A stretch of 63,167 nucleotides of DNA from Nemertoderma westbladi (Eukaryota > Animalia > Xenacoelomorpha). Of the stretch, positions 48,411-60,216 are shown piece by piece (positions within the stretch are counted from its first letter, which is position 1; the number at the start of each line of letters is the position of its first letter). Position numbers and translations under genes: made by a program. Location of the stretch: the NCBI GenBank assembly GCA_032718475.1, contig JAUCBJ010007440.1, positions 1-63,167 of the forward strand, read 5' to 3'. The notes beneath the pieces are model-generated. The model had not been told where the DNA came from and made no database searches. It was given only the letters and a program-made list of their open reading frames with translations.

Positions 48411-50702
48411 ACTACTACTAGGTCGAGCGAACTCGGACAGTGGAAATGAGATCCTTCCAGGCTTCCCGATTCTCCATAGTTGTCGCAATTTCGTTTCTCC
48501 CAAGTTCAGTATCCCTTTCAAGTTGATCTATATATGTTATGGCAGGTCGTCCACGACTACGCTTTCCATGAGTTGGTTGCCAGAGAAGTAGATCTGGTAT
48601 GACCTCGTCTTTACTTCGCCAGCAGTGCCCACTGAATCTTAATCTGCGTTCGCGGAGGGTGGTTGATACAGGTGGTATTGTACCATAAAGCTCGGCGTTT
48701 GTCATGTGTTGTCTCCAGCTGATGTTTAGGGCTGCCCTTAGTAGTCTTGTGTAGCAACCATCAATTCGTTGTTCAAGTGATTTAGTCAGTGTCCAGGTCT
48801 CACCCCCGTATAAAAATACACTTTCCACTGTGGCTCGAAAGAACTTGGTCTTCAGGTGCCTGGAGAGATCTGATTTCCAGATGGTATCCATTTTTGATAG
48901 AGCTACCCAAGCCTTTGCTTTCCTAACTTCTATGTCCTTTTTGCTACTCTCTATCCATGATCCAAGGTACTGGAAGTCATCGACCTGCCTTAGTTGATTA
49001 TTATCAATGGTTGTCAAGTTTCCATCAACATTAAAGGTCATGAATTCGGTCTTGGTAGCATTTATATGCAATCCAACCTCCTTAGCAGCCCTCTCCACTT
49101 TATTTAGTAGAAGCTGTGCATCTGCTAGCGTATTAGAGAGCAGGGCGATGTCATCCGCAAAGTCGGTGTCTGTGACTGTAGTTGCCGGATATCTACTACT
49201 TCTGCGTTTTTGAAGTGTGAATCCCAGATCTTCACCCTTTGTGGCCGTCCTCATTGCGTAATCCAGCACAATTACAAATAGTAATGGTGCTAATGTGTCA
49301 CCTTGCAGTACGCCAGCCAGGATTGAGAAAAACTCAGTTTAACCATCTGGTGAGAGTACCTGCGCTTCTGTGTCACAATATAGCAATCCAATGCCAGCAA
49401 CAATTACTTCTGGTATTCCATAAGCTCTTAGGATTTCAAGCATTTTACCTCTATGGATGGAGTCGAATGCCTTCTTGAAGTCCACAAAAGTCATGACTGC
49501 GGGGAGATTCTTTGACTTAATTCCTTCAATCAGTCTCCGTAGTGCAAGTATCTGAGCTATTGTTGATCTACTTGGTCGAAATCCGTTTTGGCTCTTACGC
49601 AGTAGTTTCTCTATGTGAGGCCTAATCCTATATAGAATCATTTTATTGTATATTTTGGCAGCTACCACAAGCAGACAGATCCCACGATAGTTTGTTGGTA
49701 TGCCGAGGTCTCCTTTCTTGGGGAGAGGCTTTAGTTGACCTTTAGTCCAAATTGGTGGTGGCTTTTCCCCTTTTAACATCCGGTTGCAAACATTCAATAA
49801 TGGTCTATTTAGCACTCCGGTTTTCCATACCTCCGCTGGGATTTCATCTAATCCACTCGCTTTATTATTGGACATGCTTTTAATGCTTCTTTGGAGTTCG
49901 GCAGGTGTGAAGTCCCCTGTTTCTATAGGTAGTGTCTTGTCATACATTTTCCTTGTAGGGCTGACCTCGATGTTTGGTGGCTGCCCAAGCAAGTTGCTGA
50001 AGTGATTTTTCCACTTCCCAACACGTTCTTCGGGACTATCGGCTTTGAGGCGCCCCTTTGCACAGCTTTTCCGACCAGATACCTCATTTACAGTTTGCCA
50101 GGTAAGTCTTGATTGTTGCTGTATGTGAGCAGTTGTAATTGCTTCAGTTTTATCCTGTATGTACTTTTCCTGGCTGATGTTGTAGGCCAATTTAAGATCG
50201 TCCTTAGCTTTCTCAACCTTGTTAATGTTTTCGGTTGTTGGTTGTTCGGTTTTAACTTTGTAGGCTATCTTAAGATCTTCTCTCTTACAAGTAACCTCAG
50301 AGTTTTGCCATGGCACATACTGTTTTCGTTTAGGTTTCTGGGGGATATGCCTCTTAGCTGATTCCTTCTGGGCTGTTATTATATTCTGGTATATTGAATC
50401 GGTGGATTGGTCTTCATCCATTGACTGAAGTGCTTCAAAGCGGTTTTGAACTTCTACTGTATAAGCATCCTTTACAGCATTGTCAGTTCTGAGTTTCTCC
50501 CAGTCATAGTTGATTTGCTTGCTTGTCCTGGGTTTGCTGGCTCTCAAACTGAGTCTGATCTCTGCAGTCATAATTCTGTGGTCCGAACCAATTAGGTTGA
50601 ACGAGCTGTATGCCTCGCAGTTGATCATGCTATTTCTCCACTTTTTGTTTATAAGGATGTAATCCAGTTGTGCTTTGGTTCCATTAGGGTATTGAAAGGT
50701 CC
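48411..50702 (-). mobile_element. 5'-truncated RTE-like LINE, same family as 12236-15761
   Basis: ORFs 49339-50727 and 48418-49269 are near-identical to copy 1. In-frame TAA at 49339-49341 (GAA in copy 1). (TAG)n tail at 48411-48420. Homology ends at ...GAAAGGTCC (50702). Possible short GTATA TSD. Confidence 0.93.
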
Positions 50703-50892
50703 GTATATACTCGTGATTATATTTCAAAATGTGTAATTATACATTTAATTTATTAATAATAATTCGTTTTTTAAAAATGACAAACGGATTTTACAATTAT
50801 TTACAATTATTGTTCACCCGACCCACCCCAAATAGTGACAATACGCAACAGGCTTCGCCTACTACTGTACGTGGCTATCCCCACGATTGAAA

Positions 50893-51285
50893 CATTAGAA
50901 CTAAGTTCGTACCCATTGGAACTAAATTCGCTTCCATTGGAACTAAATTCGCATCCATTGGAACTAAATTCGCATCTATTGGACTAAGTTGGCATCCATT
51001 GAAACTAAATTCGCTTCCATTGGAACTAAATTCGCTTTCATTGGAACTAAAGTCGCATGCATTGGAACTAAGTTCGCATGCATTGGAACTAAATTCGTAT
51101 CCATGGAACTAAATTCGCATCCATTGGAACTAAATTCGCATGCATTAGAACTAAATTCGCATCTATTGGAACTAAGTTCGTTTTGATATTCTGGGATTGG
51201 AACTAAGTTCGTCTCGATTGGAACTAAGTTCGCTTTGTAAAATTTATTTTGGAACTAAATTCCTTTCAATTGGAACTAAGTTCGC
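50893..51285 (-). repeat. 21-bp minisatellite (right arm), reverse complement of 47765-48058
   Basis: Unit ATTGGAACTAA(A/G)TTCGCATCC, degenerating toward 51285. Confidence 0.93.
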
Positions 51286-51808
51286 CTTTGAAAATGTGCG
51301 ATTGGAAAGTGCTACCTCCACAACCTATATATGCCTTCGCATCATATCAGTTGGGCAGCCTATCTATTGAACATTTATTAGTTAACTGCTCACTAGCTGT
51401 TAGTACAGCAGTAGATTTGTGGGTCGGAATATTCACGCGTGACATTGGGCATTGTCGATGTCAATTCGTGATATATTGATTCGTATTATGTCAATTTATT
51501 GTTTGTCTATTAATTAATTTGTTATATTCGAATTATTGCGATTTATGTTATTGTTATGCTATCGATAAAGATAAAGTCAATGGATTCAAGTCATTCCGTT
51601 GTTGATTAACGTTAGCAGTCAGATAACATTGAGGTTGGTGATCTAGACTGTACGATATTGCCACTCATTGCACTGGGGTGTATGTTACAGTATTGTCATA
51701 TGACACCTAACATTTGTTATAGAAAACTAACATTTTGGGGCGAGCCACGAAATTGGCGGAGCCTTAGCGAATTGACACTGTTAGGGGGTGGGTCAATTTA
51801 TGCAAATA

Positions 51809-51877
51809 GTTGTCGTCGTCGTCGTCGTCGTTGTCGTCGTCGTCGTCGTCGTCGTTGTCGTCGTCGTCGTCGTCGTT
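51809..51877. repeat. (GTC)n microsatellite with periodic GTT interruptions
   Basis: GTT(GTC)n blocks read directly; source of the poly-Arg pseudo-ORF. Confidence 0.95.
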
Positions 51878-52880
51878 ACGATTTTGACATGCTAATAACT
51901 TTGTCGGATTTAAAGTTGCCAAGTTGAAAATTTGTAGGTATCAATATGAGCAAAAGTTGAGATTTTTGAGAGACTTTCAGACACCATCAGTGCAATGGTC
52001 TCCCGCTAGAGGGCCACATGTCTAAACATTAAATGCCCTCCCATTTCTTTGCTTTTAATCCGTTTAAGCTGAAACTTGGCAGATATGTATTAGACCATTA
52101 GCTGTGACTTTCAAAGGAGGCGAATCCATCTGCAGTTCTCCAGTCTGCCGCTAGAGGGCCAAAGGTCTGAAAGTGAAATCGTTGTCGTCGTTACGATTTT
52201 GACATGCTAATAACTTTGTCGGATTTAAAGCTGCCAAGTTGAAAATTTGTAGGTATCAATATGAGCAAAAGTTGAGATTTTTGAGAGACTTTCAGACACC
52301 ATCAGTGCAATGGTCTCCCGCTAGAGGGCCACATGTCTAAACATTAAATGCCCTCCCATTTCTTTGCTTTTAATCCGTTTAAGCTGAAACTTGGCAGATA
52401 TGTATTAGACCATTAGCTGTGACTTTCAAAGGAGGCGAATCCATCTGCAGTTCTCCAGTCTGCCGCTAGAGGGCCAAATGTCTGAAAGTGAAATCGTTGT
52501 CGTCGTTATGATATTGACATGCTAATAACTTTGTCGGATTTAAAGCTGCCAAGTTGAAAATTTGTAGGTATCAATATGAGCAAAAGTTGAGATTTTTGAG
52601 AGACTTTCAGACACCATCAGTGCAATGGTCTCCCGCTAGAGGGCCACATGTCTAAACATTAAATGCCCTCCCATTTCTTTGCTTTTAATCCGTTTAAGCT
52701 GAAACTTGGCAGATATGTATTAGACCATTAGCTGTGACTTTCAAAGGAGGCGAATCCATCTGCAGTTCTCCAGTCTGCCGCTAGAGGGCCAAATGTCTGA
52801 AAGTGAAATCGTTGTCGTCGTTATGATATTGACATGCTAATAACTTTGTCGAATTTAAAGCTGCCAAGTTGAAAATTTGT
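51866..52880. repeat. 315-bp tandem repeat, ~3.2 near-identical copies, decayed subunits continuing to ~53240
   Basis: Unit starts at ~51866, 52181, 52496 and 52811. Each unit is a dimer of related subunits containing CCGCTAGAGGGCCA. Confidence 0.95.
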
Positions 52881-53931
52881 TTTGTTGAAAATCAGTTCAA
52901 CAGTCACCCGCTATAGGACTACTTTATGCCTGAAAGTGAATAGATTCTCCCGTCTCATTGATTTTAATCAGTTTAAGCTGAATCTTGCCATATATTCTGG
53001 ACCACATGCTGCGTCTTTGTGGGGGGGGGGGGGGGGGGGGGGATTTAATCGGTCTGCCGCTATACGACGAAATTTCTGAAAGTGAGATCCGTCTCTCATT
53101 TCGTTATCCGTTATTCAAGATGAAACTTGGCCGATGTACGTATGTACTATTCATCCATAGGCTGTGTCTTTGTGGGGCTGGAGACCCTAATCCATCTTCA
53201 GTTCTCACTATACCGCTAGAGTCAGAAATGTCTGAATAGAAATGAAAGAGGTAAAAAGTGATTAGGCGAAATCTGCTTAAAATTTGCTAATACAGTAATA
53301 CTTTCGAATTAGTACTTAAATTAAATTTAAGTCACGTGCTGCGCGAAGGCCCCACTTCGTGTCTAATACGTACGCAAATTCAATTCCTGTGACATCGGTA
53401 TCTCGCATTGTCAGTTTTATAAATCCGGCTCCATGAGTCTTGAATGAATACAGTTTTCAGTTAGACATAAAGACGTAACTAGCCCATCCACGAAACTTAA
53501 GGAACTATTTATATGGGGTTTCAGATCTGTTTATAGTAACGCCAGTATTATATGCAACAACAATTTAATTGTAGCGCTAACAGCAGCTGCAGAAGACTTA
53601 CTGCAAAATCCAAAATAGTTTATTCCACAAATATTGGGCTGATATTTTTTGATGAGATTTCTATGAAATGTTCTTAAAAATTATGTTATTTTTTGTGTGT
53701 CGTTAGAATTGCCTAATTTTTTTTCACGAGATTTCAACATCTCTGAGTACGCGGTCTCAGGTCCTCATTGATTATGAGATTCTACAAGTTGGCCTCCCAA
53801 CCATTGAGAAGTCGTGAGATCCAGCGAGCAGTGAGCTAACCCAGATTAAAGTTTGCAATAATTTTATGATACTACTACTGGTACGATCGGTATACTGCAT
53901 TGCAGCTGTATTATGTATATATTACATATAT

Positions 53932-54030
53932 ATTAAGAATGCTGTGCAGGTTTGTCGAGAAAATAGCCCCGCCACAACTCCCTATCACCCGTGACATTTG
54001 CTAGATCATCCGCATCTCCAAGGACCAGTG
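53932..54030 (+). repeat. Dispersed repeat homologous to 16007-16105
   Basis: Same colinear blocks as 16007-16105; preceded by TATATAT. Confidence 0.7.
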
Positions 54031-54244
54031 TCCTTTAATTTAATGATATATAATGTTCACAATGGCGATAATTGAAATCTTTAATTAATTCATAGCCAAG
54101 TTCCCCAGTAATCACTAACTACATTAGTAATAATCACTACTATGTTTGCCATCCCATCACCATAACCTACCATCTTACAGATAAAGCGGTGCAAACTCTT
54201 AGTATTAATAAGAATACTGTGTTGTCAATAGTTCTAAAAGCAGA

Positions 54245-55504
54245 TTAAACTAATCTTCTTTTTGAACAAATTAAAATGACCAGAGCCAAAAGAAACGGGA
54301 CTCCTGTGAGACTAATGAGAGACGAGGCTGTTTGAAATCCCAGATAATCATTCAGCAAACCTCCACAAATTGCTCCCACGATATTTCCAACGTACGTGGA
54401 GATCCTAAATAACTGCAAGATAAGTGATCTGGTGTCAACATTATCAGTTAATCCACAATCTCGGATTGCGAACCGGGTTTGTGTTTCAAGACCGCTGGTT
54501 TGGAACAATCCAGTTCCTACCCCAAAAATGACACAACCAATCAGTGAGATGGTAAGGTAATGTGGTAATCCGAGCGCTTCTGTCGGCCCTATCAGTTGCA
54601 TTGCTAACACTACAATTACCGTACCGAATATGGTGGGAATTATTGTGTGCATTTGTTTCATAAAAAAGCTCATCAGCAAACCTATAGACCCTTGACAAAC
54701 AGGATATATCATGAAAGCAAGCCCGATGTTATACTGGTTGACATTGTAATAGTTATAAAGGTAAGAGGCGTAATTTGCCATTGCAAAATACACAAAAATT
54801 GGTTCGTAAATGTGTAAAATGAAGATTAATGAAATTCCTGTGTGTTTGAGAATTGCCAGATAAGTTGGTCTGTCTCTGTTCGAATCGAATCTATCGTAGA
54901 GTTAGGTGGGAGCTTCAATGCAGCAGTAAAGGACAAGAAAAAGAAACAAAAAACCAGATATGACAAATGGGAATTCGAAGCCCAATTTTGCAAAAACAAC
55001 TGAACCAAAAATTGGAGAAATTGTGTACCCCAGTGCCCCAATAACGAGAGATATGCTGCATAAAAAACTTCTATTTGTTGGGCACAATTCCATTAATAGA
55101 CTATAAGAATACACATAACTAATTGTTAGTCCAACTCCTTCAAAGAGACGCAAGGAAAAACAGACTAATATATATAACTCATTACAAGGAATATATTCCA
55201 CAAATCCAAAAAGTAGTTGAGCAACAGATCCAATGACTCCAAATAGGCCCAATGAAATCCGCGTTCCCAAGTTGCTGATGCGATATGGAAAGATTATATA
55301 GATAACAAGTTGTACAAGAGAGAATGTTGCTAATAAAGAGCCAATGAGAGTCTTTGTCCAACCTCGACTCTCGACCACAATAGGAAAGAATGATTCTAAA
55401 AGGTTGAGACACCAGCAGGGGACCATCTGATAAACCAACAGCAAAACCACCAAGATATTATACCTCCATCCACTAGTATTATTGTAATCCAACATTTTCT
55501 TCAT
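54245..55504 (-). pseudogene. Intronless MFS transporter (SLC18B1-like) with one premature stop
   Basis: ORFs 54902-55513 and 54245-54793 are in the same frame. Reading through TAA at 54902-54904 gives ...IEAPT*LYDRFDSNRDRPTYLAILKHTGISLIFILHIYEPIFVYFAMANY..., about 420 codons with ~12 hydrophobic segments. MFS-like motifs FFPIVVESRG, ISNLGTR, LRLFEGVG, GYTISPIFGS, GGLLNDYLGF. Confidence 0.8.
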
Positions 55505-55950
55505 TACCAGCAATGATTCCAGGCGAACATTAAAAGTTTACTGTATTTACTGTCCTACCTATTAATTAATATTGCACAAAATTAATATGAAAAACTATTC
55601 AGTAATCGACATTCTATTACTATATAACACGGCTTTTCCCTGCTTCCCCTATCTAATCATACAATAACCCAATCTTGCTTTATCATACACTGAGATTGGG
55701 ATATAAGTTACACTGGACATGCTGGATTCAGCCGGACATGCCCATAGTACACTGGCAGTAGATGTGCATGCCATGGAACACGGTGTATGAATACGCTGCA
55801 GAAATACACGGCCCACACAGAAGGGCAATCTAATAGAGTGAGATAGGACTTATCGGGAAATTTAATTTTGGAGGCTGTGTACGGCCTCGCAATATTCAGA
55901 GTGCCACAAGGAGAAGAAGACATTGAGTTCAAAAGGACCAGTGGAACTAT

Positions 55951-56045
55951 TTTATTAGGAGCCCGCTTGACAGCGGGATACTTACTGTAAGAATCTACAT
56001 TCTACATTACACTGACTGACATACTGACTGACATACTGACTGATA
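55951..56045 (+). mobile_element. Possible 5' end of a Helentron/DINE-1-like element
   Basis: T-run, hairpin CCCGC-TTGACA-GCGGG, then (ACTG)-type microsatellite ACTGACTGACAT repeats. Confidence 0.4.
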
Positions 56046-56840
56046 ATTATCTAGGTTAAGGCACTTCCTGCCTGGCGATTTTGATGAAATTTTGCAAGTA
56101 CATTGCTTTGGTGGTTCATAATTGCGTTACAAAATTTCAGATCGATTCTATGTGTGGTATTCGATATATTTAGTTTTTTGACATTGTTTTGTCGCGAAAT
56201 TAAAAGCAATGGTAAAATAACAGCTGGTGTTCATGATGAAATATGGCTTAATATGTTATACACAGTCATAGAAAAACGTGTTGGTTGCCAAGTTTTACTA
56301 GTAGGCTATAAGGAAAGGCAATGTTTACTCACACATAAGCTGTTGGTTTCTAATGTATTACCCCATAAGCTGATTGCTCTCCCAGTGCTTCCTAAGGGTA
56401 TATCTACAATAAGGTTACTCACTCTGCTATGTTAGGGGGTGGATCAGGAGAATGAATTTTAGTTACACAAAGCAGTGTGTTGTGTCCTATTGCAGTCGAT
56501 ACTCATTGTGGATTGCAAAATGTTTTATAGTTGACCTACACTATAATACAGTAGTTGCATGTATTTAAGGAGCCCGCTCTGGCCTACCGCCTAAGGAGTA
56601 CCTATATTACATATTCACATAGAATTCACTGGGAAGAGATATTCCGCTTGACGACGGGGTAATACCTATAGAAGGAAACTAAATTTGTTATTTGGCTCTA
56701 TTCGTTGTTATTTATCTGGTTGTGCATCATGGGCATTTTTTATAAATATTCGGTAATCGCATCTTATATCTTGTAAACGTTCTTGATAATGAAATTATTT
56801 GCTTCATATTATATTTTTGTTAGTGGTAGCTAAGTTGCAT

Positions 56841-56930
56841 TTTTTATTATGTGGGGCGAGCCACAAAGTCAGCTAGCCTCACGCCTTGCAGTTTAGACAA
56901 TTTTAGTTTACTTACTGCTGACTGACATAG
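56841..56930 (+). mobile_element. Possible 5' end of a Helentron/DINE-1-like element
   Basis: T-run, GTGGGGCGAGCCAC head (as at 51737), then CTGACTGACAT. Confidence 0.4.
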
Positions 56931-57299
56931 TTCTTTGTAATAGTCTTGGCTAGGATTTTTCCCTCGGGCTCCTTCCAGCCAGCTTGCTGGCTTTCTAGTA
57001 TGTTATACATTGGGTCATATATGATGATTAATGCTTGATGATATCATGAAATGAGGCGAGGATGCTGTTAAGGGGCGCATTCATACTTGATGCGAGTGGA
57101 TGCTGTTAAGATCAAGGTGGAGGTCGGCTTTGATGTCATCGACCAGTGGCAGGGTCTAGAGCTACTAATATCTCAGGACATGGTAGTAGGGACTAGGCAA
57201 ATTAGTGGTGTTGACAGCAGTGGACCGTGTGATCCATTACGTTCCTTCAAGCACAAGTCCAGAGAGTGACAACTTGAGGCTATCGTATAACAGTTCAAG

Positions 57300-58310
57300 G
57301 CACGCATCACCCGATGCCGATAATGTTATCAGAATCAATAAATAGAGCATCAGAAGAGTGGGTACCTGGAGGTATGAGCAACAGGTAGTTGTCCCATTGA
57401 ACCGGATGTTAAGTTTGGAGATAAATGTCGGATTTGGAACTTGAGGAGGAAATGGATAGATCTAGCTTGGTAATGTGTGGTAAACAAGATGCTCGGATAT
57501 ATGGCTATGATGGTGATTGTAGTGTAGAGAACTGGTTAGGAGCTGGACCATCACCAGTGTCAGAGTCATCGGGGTAATTTGTTGTCACCATCAATGTGAA
57601 GGAAATGGTACTGAGAAAAATGAGAAAGAGGCCTGTGGAACTGTTCTTAAGTTCGGTGCAACAATATGCTCTGGCAGGATGGTTGGGATGAACTGCAGGC
57701 AGTTGTTAACAGTTGTAGCAGCCAGTGGGTTGGAGCATAAAATCTTCAGACATCGTCCAAAGCCTGTCATTAATCCAATAATCCAAGATAGAAGCCATCT
57801 GCACAAGCCTTATACACCTCAGTCTGGCTTGTGCTGGCCAATGTGTGTAAGTTGAGTTCAGTGCAGTGCCATTGCCTCCTGCCGAAGCATGGGAGGTTTA
57901 GGTGTATGTATTACCCAGATCCAAAAAGATGAGAACAATACAGTGCAACATCCCCGACTCCTCGTTGAAAATACTTCCATCTTGGGATTGTAGATGACAA
58001 CGGCAGCAAATGTTGGTGAAAGTCCTCTTGATGTTGTTCGTGCTCGTGCTGTCTTGCATAAGAGAACAAGTTTCGGTAGGTGCCTGGAAGTCATAATAGA
58101 GGTGAATGGCCTTCCATAATTAAAAGGACGAATGGCAGTGGAATCCTACATAAAATGGAACTGAGATTGATTATAGAATCGTACTTAGCAATGTGGCCGA
58201 ACATCAGTTCGAGATTAAAAGACTTCTGGATGAAAGTGTGGTGGAAATCAATGATGAAAATATCGAGGTCAATGAAGCACCTAATATTGATAAATTTTAT
58301 CCGGTCGGAA
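57300..58310 (-). pseudogene. Possible highly decayed APE endonuclease of an older LINE
   Basis: Minus-strand fragments in plausible order but in shifting frames: FINIRC, PKLVLLCKT, RGVGDVALY, GVYK, GDNKLP. Confidence 0.3.
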
Positions 58311-60180
58311 TTTAATTAAATTTTGGTATTTGCATATAATGTGCTAAATATAACTCTATGTTAATCTGTTATGAAATATACTAATGGTCTAATGAATGCC
58401 TTATGGTCGTACCATAACGCATGCCCTTCCGATATTTTCAATCTAAGGTATTACAATCATTCAATCTACTGCACTATTTTGCACGCTATTGCATTCAATT
58501 TTATTTAGTCTGCCGTGGAGATTGCTTTAACACCGCTTTAGTACCAAATTACTCACTGTATCAATATGCCTAGCCTAACTATAAATAAAATGTAATATCT
58601 GTAGTACATAAGGAATTCAAATTAATTTAGCATTAAATTATTGAGGTTACAATATAAAAAATAATAACATTTAAATGCGAATAAATACGATCCAAATTGG
58701 CATTCATTGGTAGAACTGTGGCACAGTGTAAATTGTTCATTATAGCTTGGTTTAACTAGAAAGTGGTACAATAAAGTTGTGTAATAAAGTGGTACAATAA
58801 AATGGTACAATAAAGTGGTACAATTGTATAGCGTTGGCGTAAGGACGACATATGCAGGATATTGTAAAATAATCTTCCACTGATGTTACTGAGTTACCAT
58901 GTGGCCAAGTTTACCTAACGTTGTCCTATAAACTTAGATTCTTAGAACTATTGATATGATAAAGATTACCACGCCCACACGCATGAAAAATATAGTAAAC
59001 AACTCCAGAGCTCAATTAATTAGTAAAAATATATCATTTAAATAACTAAGGAGTTTTTTTATTTAGAGAATTTATTAAATAGAATAAATGGCCCTCACGA
59101 ACAATAATTCTTGCAATCTTTGAAGGCTTATATCTCAGCTGTTTCTCATCAAAATTCAGATGTTATTACATATTTGTAATCCATGCAACGCAAGCTTTCT
59201 AATTTTTATGTATGACTAATGTGAAGAATGGCAATTATGCGGAGAGTGCGATTTCGCAAAAGACACTTTTTTAAAACGTTTATAAAAAATTTAATGGCGA
59301 AATCGAAAATTCCGGCTTCATGGTAACAACCACGGTGAGTTGAACTACTGTAGTTGTGTTTCAAATTCTAAGAAACATGATAAAGATTTGTAGAAATTTT
59401 TTTTGGGTCATCAGAAAATGACACTATATTACGGGTCATCGGGCATGGTATAATAGAGTAAGCCCGGGAAACGTTGATATAAAATTGGAAACAACGAATC
59501 AGGAGCTAGAATTGTTGTCGTATATTATGATAAGAGGGAGATTTGATTAAAATTTTTAAAACCTAATATTCTAATTTGTCTTAAGGGTTTTAATGGTTTT
59601 TGAGTAATAATTAATTGTAAAAATGTAATAAATAATTTTGAAACAACCTACCGGTATATCCTATACAATATAGTTTCCTACCTAATATGTGACATATTTC
59701 CAATATTTACAAACACAATGTGTTTTTTCTATTTCAAATCACACCAATATGTCAAAACCCATTTAATTTTACCTCGAAACGACATTAGAATGAATTTTGT
59801 TGTTTTTGTTGGAAATGCCACATTTAGCTTATTTTGGTTTCAAAATGGAACCGACGAAGTGTACCATCTATTAATTAAGTGTTCGAATAAAATAAATAAC
59901 TATAATTATAACTCTAGAAGATTATTTTAAATTATAATTTTATTTCGGGCGTTCGGATTGCATTCTCCACATGGCGAAGTTGACTACCCCGGCGTAGGTA
60001 ACCCAGGCAACATAGGAGACCATAAGATGTCCGGAATGCGGTGGGACGTATCGGAAGACAGTGGCGCAGGAAAGAGCGGCACCCCAGACCGTCAACACAT
60101 CCGTCAGAGCCTAATAAACAAAAATAAACGAATGTGAAAATATATAAAACAAATAATAAATAAATAAACGATTAATAGAG

Positions 60181-60216
60181 AGCGGTACTAGCGGTACTAG
60201 CGGTACTAGCGGTACT
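60181..60216. repeat. (AGCGGTACT)4
   Basis: Four perfect 9-bp units. Confidence 0.9.

Larger units (their letters stand above)
51733..53355 (+). mobile_element. Putative non-autonomous Helentron/DINE-1-like element with microsatellite and central tandem repeats
   Basis: T-run, GGGGCGAGCCACG head shared with other sites in the window, (GTC)n at 51809-51877, 315-bp tandem core, GAAGGCCCCAC near the end. Right boundary is uncertain. Confidence 0.55.

Noticed and set aside
51658-51927. Protamine-like Arg/Cys-rich ORF
   Set aside because: The Arg runs are the (GTC)n microsatellite.
53021-53042. Poly-G run (and poly-C at 62853-62873) as functional G-quadruplexes
   Set aside because: Simple homopolymers of uncertain length with no supporting context.
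1656-54904. Stop-codon reassignment, suggested by three single in-frame stops (Gypsy TAG, LINE TAA, MFS TAA)
   Set aside because: The LINE TAA is GAA in the sister copy, and TAA/TAG end the same ORFs at their natural C-termini. Independent nonsense mutations are sufficient.
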